Origin: Candidatus Bathyarchaeia archaeon
GTDB taxonomy: Archaea; Thermoproteota; Bathyarchaeia; Bathyarchaeales; Bathycorpusculaceae
Assembly: GCA_038883775.1 (NCBI GenBank)
Contig: JAVZLM010000009.1
Span: 18,478-82,477, forward strand
Direction of reading: 5' to 3'
Length of the DNA stretch: 64,000 nucleotides
This document shows positions 59,561-64,000 of the stretch, piece after piece; the first letter of the stretch is position 1, and each line of letters starts with the position of its first letter. A program made the translations under genes and the position numbers. The notes under the pieces are model-generated. The model did no database searches and was not told the DNA's origin. It worked only from the letters and a program-made list of their open reading frames with translations.

Positions 59561-60616
59561 ATGGCACAGGTTGATAGAGAAAAGGAAGCGCTTTATTCTC
59601 AGCTTCGCTCCATAGAATCTGACCTCTTCAGCGCTTCTGGAGCAATAAGCGATGTGGAAAGCAAAATAGCTTATGTTGAGGCTTCTATGGGTTCTCTTCC
59701 AAGCAGACTAATGACTGTTAGGGGGCGGGGTTATGCGGCTATGGGACATCTTGAAAAAAGCATAGACCTACTAACCAAAAAATGGATAGAAGCTGCGCCT
59801 ACTCTTAAGCAAGCATTTATAAACAGCGTCCAACCATTAACCGCCCAAATTCGGGGATTACAAGCGGATGCTCAGAGGCTTCGAGCAGCAATAAACAGTG
59901 GCAACATTGGGTTTAGTCGTTCTTTGGCTGGTCGCTTGTCCATTGAAGCTTCTTCTATAAGAATGAGAGCCAATTTAGAAACAGGCAAAGTGAGTACACC
60001 TCTTAACGAGTTTATTTCAAGCGTTAACGCCATAGACAGAGACCTAAAAGTGGCTGAAAAAACCATGGAACTATTCGCTTTAGCAACTTTCCCACTAAAA
60101 CAAGAAGAAAGCCCAGTTTTGGCAATTGAAGGAAAAATTATGACTGACGAAAAAAGCGAAGGAACTCTATATTTCACAAATCAAAGGTTTATTTTCGAAG
60201 GGAAAAAAGAGGTTGTGTTGGAGAAGAAATTATTCATAGCCACAAAAAAGAAAGTTGAAAGAACGGTCTTAATAGAACAGCCCATCGGCGCCTTACAAGA
60301 AATATCCAAGGGCAGAGTAGGCTTAATAGCTTGGACTGGAATTTACATACGCTTTAAACCAGAACGTGGTTTGGCAGAAACACCTTTCGACGTGAAGGGA
60401 TGGGAAGCCGACATAATAACAAGATTCTTCAGCTACATAATTGGCGGCGAAGCTGATAGAGACATAGCCTCCATAAGAGGAACTACCGTTAAGGAGGCGC
60501 CTACAATACAGCTTGTCCGATGTCCCCATTGTGGTGCACCATACACCCGCGAAATTTATAAGGGAGAAACATCGGTTAAGTGCGAATACTGTGGAACATT
60601 GATTGTAATTCACTAA
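59561..60616 (+). CDS. Coiled-coil + PH-like domain + C-terminal zinc-ribbon protein
   Basis: Heptad N-half, EGTLYFTNQRFIFEG, CPHCGAP...CEYCG; GGAG RBS before ATG 59561. Confidence 0.65.
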   Translation: MAQVDREKEALYSQLRSIESDLFSASGAISDVESKIAYVEASMGSLPSRLMTVRGRGYAAMGHLEKSIDLLTKKWIEAAPTLKQAFINSVQPLTAQIRGLQADAQRLRAAINSGNIGFSRSLAGRLSIEASSIRMRANLETGKVSTPLNEFISSVNAIDRDLKVAEKTMELFALATFPLKQEESPVLAIEGKIMTDEKSEGTLYFTNQRFIFEGKKEVVLEKKLFIATKKKVERTVLIEQPIGALQEISKGRVGLIAWTGIYIRFKPERGLAETPFDVKGWEADIITRFFSYIIGGEADRDIASIRGTTVKEAPTIQLVRCPHCGAPYTREIYKGETSVKCEYCGTLIVIH

Positions 60617-60685
60617 AGAACGCTTGCTAATTTGGTTGTCTATTTATAGTTTCTCATCATATTAGCTTTTAGACGTGAAACGGGA

Positions 60686-62743
60686 ATGCAACGGAAAAAG
60701 AATTTTACAAGCTTTGATGTAGCTGCTGTTGTACGCGAGTTAAATGATGTTATTGAAAATTCTCGTGCCAGCAACGTTTACCAGTTAGATTCCAAAACCA
60801 TACTTTTTAAATTACACATACCAAACAAACCAGCTTTGCGTCTTGTTTTAGAGGCTGGGTGCCGTTTACACTTAACCTCTTATGCTGCGAAAAAGCCTAC
60901 TGTTCCTCCAGCTTTTTGCATGGCTTTAAGAAAATATTTGCGGAATGCCATTTTGACAAGCATTAAACAGCATGAATTTGAGAGAGTTGTTGTTTTCAAT
61001 TTTAAAAGTAAAATGGGAGATTTGAGGCTTGTTTTGGAGCTTTTCGGCGAAGGCAACATCATTTTAGTCGACGGTGAAGGCAAGATTCTCCATGCTCTGG
61101 CATATAAGCGGATGCGAGACCGCAATATTCTCCGCAATGAAACATTTACTTTCGCTCCTTCCAGCGGAAAAAACCCATTTAAAGTTAGTGAAGAAGAGTT
61201 GACCACTGCCCTAAGAGATTTTGGCGATGTCGAAGTTGTTAGGGCGGCAGTTCGCTTCTTAGGCATTGGCGGCATATACGCTGAAGAGATTTTGTTAAGG
61301 GCTGGGATAGAGAAAACTAAACATTGCAATAAACTAAGTGATTCTGAATTTCACGCCTTTTTCGATTGCTTGCAAGATCTGCTTTGGCAAGTTTCTAATA
61401 GAAAACTGGAGCCTTGCATTATTTTAGACGATAAAGGCGAATTTATGGATGTTGTGCCTTTTAGGCTTAAACGTTATGAGAAGCTGAAACATCAAGTTTA
61501 TGAAAGTTTTAACGAAGCCTTAGACGAATTTTATGTTAAAACTGAAGCCTTTGAAAAAGTTAAGGTCAGCATTGAAATTGAAAAGTTGAAACAAGAGGTG
61601 GAAAGGCTTAAGCGTGTCATCGAAAGCCAAGAGAAAGCTTTGGCAGAAGCAAAAAACGAGGCAGGTGAAAACAAGCGTATTGGAGACACCATCTATGCTT
61701 ACGCAGGCGAATTACAAGCTTTACTGGACAAATTTTTAAGCGGAAAAAAGGCTGGCAAAGAATGGAACAGTATTGTTTCTGAAGTTTTGGCTGAAAAGAA
61801 AGCGGGCACCAAACCCAGCATATTTTTTGACTCTTTTGATGCTAAAGGATTGGTAATATACGTTTGCGTTGACGGCTTAAAATTTGGGTTAGGTTTGCGA
61901 AAGAAATTGTTTGATGTTGCTGCGCAGTTCTATGAAAGAAGTAAAAAGGCTAGGCAGAAGTTGGCTGGCGCTAAAAACGCCTTGGAAGAAACACGCAAGA
62001 AATTGATGGAAATTGAAGCAAAGATTCGGGAAGCAGAAGCTTTAGAACATACTAAACCCATTGAAGTTTTGGAAACACTTGAGAAGCGCCGCGTTAAACG
62101 TAAGGAATGGTTTGAAAAGTTTAGATGGTTTAAATCCTCAGATGGTTTTCTAGTTGTTGGAGGCAAGGACGCCGTCAGTAATGAAGTTTTAATCAAAAAG
62201 TACACAGAACCAATTGATATAGTCTTTCACGCAGATATTGTCGGCGCCCCCTTCGTTGTCATAAAGACTGGCGGAAAAGAACCAAGCGAACAATGCTTGA
62301 AAGAAGCTGCGGAATTTGCAGCCGCATATTCGCGTGGCTGGCGTGAAGGCTTTGCAACAGTTGACGTTTACTGGGTAAAACCAGAACAACTAAGCAAGGC
62401 TGCCCCATCAGGCGAATCCGTGCCCCACGGAGCCTTTGTTGTTAGTGGGAAAAGGAATTGGATGCGCAATACTCCACTAAAAATTGCCATCGGCATAATC
62501 GAAGAAAACAATGAAATAAAATTTGTTGGCGAACCAGTTGACGCTGTTATGGCGAAAACAAAAACTTACGCCATAATTGTGCCTGGAGAGGAAAGCGGCA
62601 AAGAATTTTTAAAGCATATTTTGAAGGTTTTGGCTGCAAAAATTCCGAAGGAATTGAAAGAGAAAGTTTTGAGAACCCCTATAGAGAACATAAGGGAGTT
62701 TATTCCCTTTGGCAAAGGCAGAATTTTAGCAAATAACCTTTAA
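60686..62743 (+). CDS. rqcH: Ribosome quality-control factor Rqc2/RqcH (NFACT family)
   Basis: TSFDV, F.M.LRKYL, ELFGEGNIIL, WFEKFRWF.SSDG.LV.GGKDA..NE, FHADI.GAP. Confidence 0.92.
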   Translation: MQRKKNFTSFDVAAVVRELNDVIENSRASNVYQLDSKTILFKLHIPNKPALRLVLEAGCRLHLTSYAAKKPTVPPAFCMALRKYLRNAILTSIKQHEFERVVVFNFKSKMGDLRLVLELFGEGNIILVDGEGKILHALAYKRMRDRNILRNETFTFAPSSGKNPFKVSEEELTTALRDFGDVEVVRAAVRFLGIGGIYAEEILLRAGIEKTKHCNKLSDSEFHAFFDCLQDLLWQVSNRKLEPCIILDDKGEFMDVVPFRLKRYEKLKHQVYESFNEALDEFYVKTEAFEKVKVSIEIEKLKQEVERLKRVIESQEKALAEAKNEAGENKRIGDTIYAYAGELQALLDKFLSGKKAGKEWNSIVSEVLAEKKAGTKPSIFFDSFDAKGLVIYVCVDGLKFGLGLRKKLFDVAAQFYERSKKARQKLAGAKNALEETRKKLMEIEAKIREAEALEHTKPIEVLETLEKRRVKRKEWFEKFRWFKSSDGFLVVGGKDAVSNEVLIKKYTEPIDIVFHADIVGAPFVVIKTGGKEPSEQCLKEAAEFAAAYSRGWREGFATVDVYWVKPEQLSKAAPSGESVPHGAFVVSGKRNWMRNTPLKIAIGIIEENNEIKFVGEPVDAVMAKTKTYAIIVPGEESGKEFLKHILKVLAAKIPKELKEKVLRTPIENIREFIPFGKGRILANNL

Positions 62744-62776
62744 TATTTTTACGCATTACATATTTTTAGATTCATT

Positions 62777-63142
62777 ATGGGTTATGTAAAAATTAAAGTC
62801 AAAATTCGCAATATCCACAAACCAGAACTTGAAGATTTTACAGAACTATTAGTGGACACAGGTTCAATTTATACCATTTTAAATAGTAAAAGACTTGAAA
62901 AGCTTGACGTGAAACCGCGAGGGAAGAGACGTTTTAAAACTGCCGATGGAAGAATTATTGAGCGAGATGTGGGCGCAGCAGAAATTGAGATTAAAGGTCA
63001 AAGCACATATTCTATAATAGTTTTCGGCGAAGAATCTGACACCGAAGTTTTAGGTGTAACAACGCTTGAAGAGCTTGGATTACAAGTAGATCCTGTGACA
63101 GGAGAACTAAAACCATTAGAGCTTTTATTGCTAAAATTATAA
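62777..63142 (+). CDS. Clan AA (retroviral-like) aspartyl protease
   Basis: LVDTGS, ADGR, VLGVTTLEELGL.VDP. Confidence 0.85.
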   Translation: MGYVKIKVKIRNIHKPELEDFTELLVDTGSIYTILNSKRLEKLDVKPRGKRRFKTADGRIIERDVGAAEIEIKGQSTYSIIVFGEESDTEVLGVTTLEELGLQVDPVTGELKPLELLLLKL

Positions 63143-63363
63143 AATTTAACTTAAAATTAGATAGTTTACCATTTTAATTTGCCATCAGCTGAAAACCTAG
63201 AAGGGGAGGTCTGCCATTGGCTTTTTTCACAACCAAAAACCTATAGAGGGTATCCAATTTAACAGCGCGCCAAACCATAAATTAATATCGATTTTTGGGG
63301 CTTTGACGTTTGTGATGCTTTTCCTTTCTCTTCCAGTCGGCAATGCAAAGCCATTTATTGCAT

Positions 63364-64000
<637 letters not shown>

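Noticed and set aside
62777-63142. Retroelement suggested by the retroviral-like protease
   Set aside because: Stand-alone clan AA proteases are common in archaea; no reverse transcriptase or integrase nearby
63191-63252. Weak direct repeat AAAACCTA(TA)GA(A)GGG x2
   Set aside because: Only two imperfect copies; not an array

Overview
This is a gene-dense archaeal chromosomal window. The 3' portion of the 16S rRNA and the gene set (SmAP3, Cren7-like proteins, TBP, RadA, archaeal Asn synthetase, Dph6, GGR, CofE) point to the TACK group, most likely Bathyarchaeia (inference, no database search run). From left to right it holds sugar-nucleotide genes, a complete type IV pilus operon (ATPase, TadC-like protein, 6 pilin-like genes, prepilin peptidase, upstream adhesin), a 1020-aa S-layer-like protein with a glycosylation cluster, and an Asn synthetase/Lrp pair. 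It continues with a wHTH-KaiC/RAD55 ATPase plus an HTH-extended ATP-dependent DNA ligase, an ArsR-led bactofilin operon, and an aKMT-like lysine methyltransferase/Lhr/GNAT region with two tandem Cren7-like zinc-ribbon genes. The right end carries TBP, LarA, fumarase, radA plus a PIP-box partner, an EMC6-like protein, Rqc2 and a 16S rRNA not followed by 23S. Two short genes missing from the ORF track were read directly from the sequence (41879-42013 minus, 48719-48889 plus). No CRISPR array, tRNA, transposase or integrase was seen.
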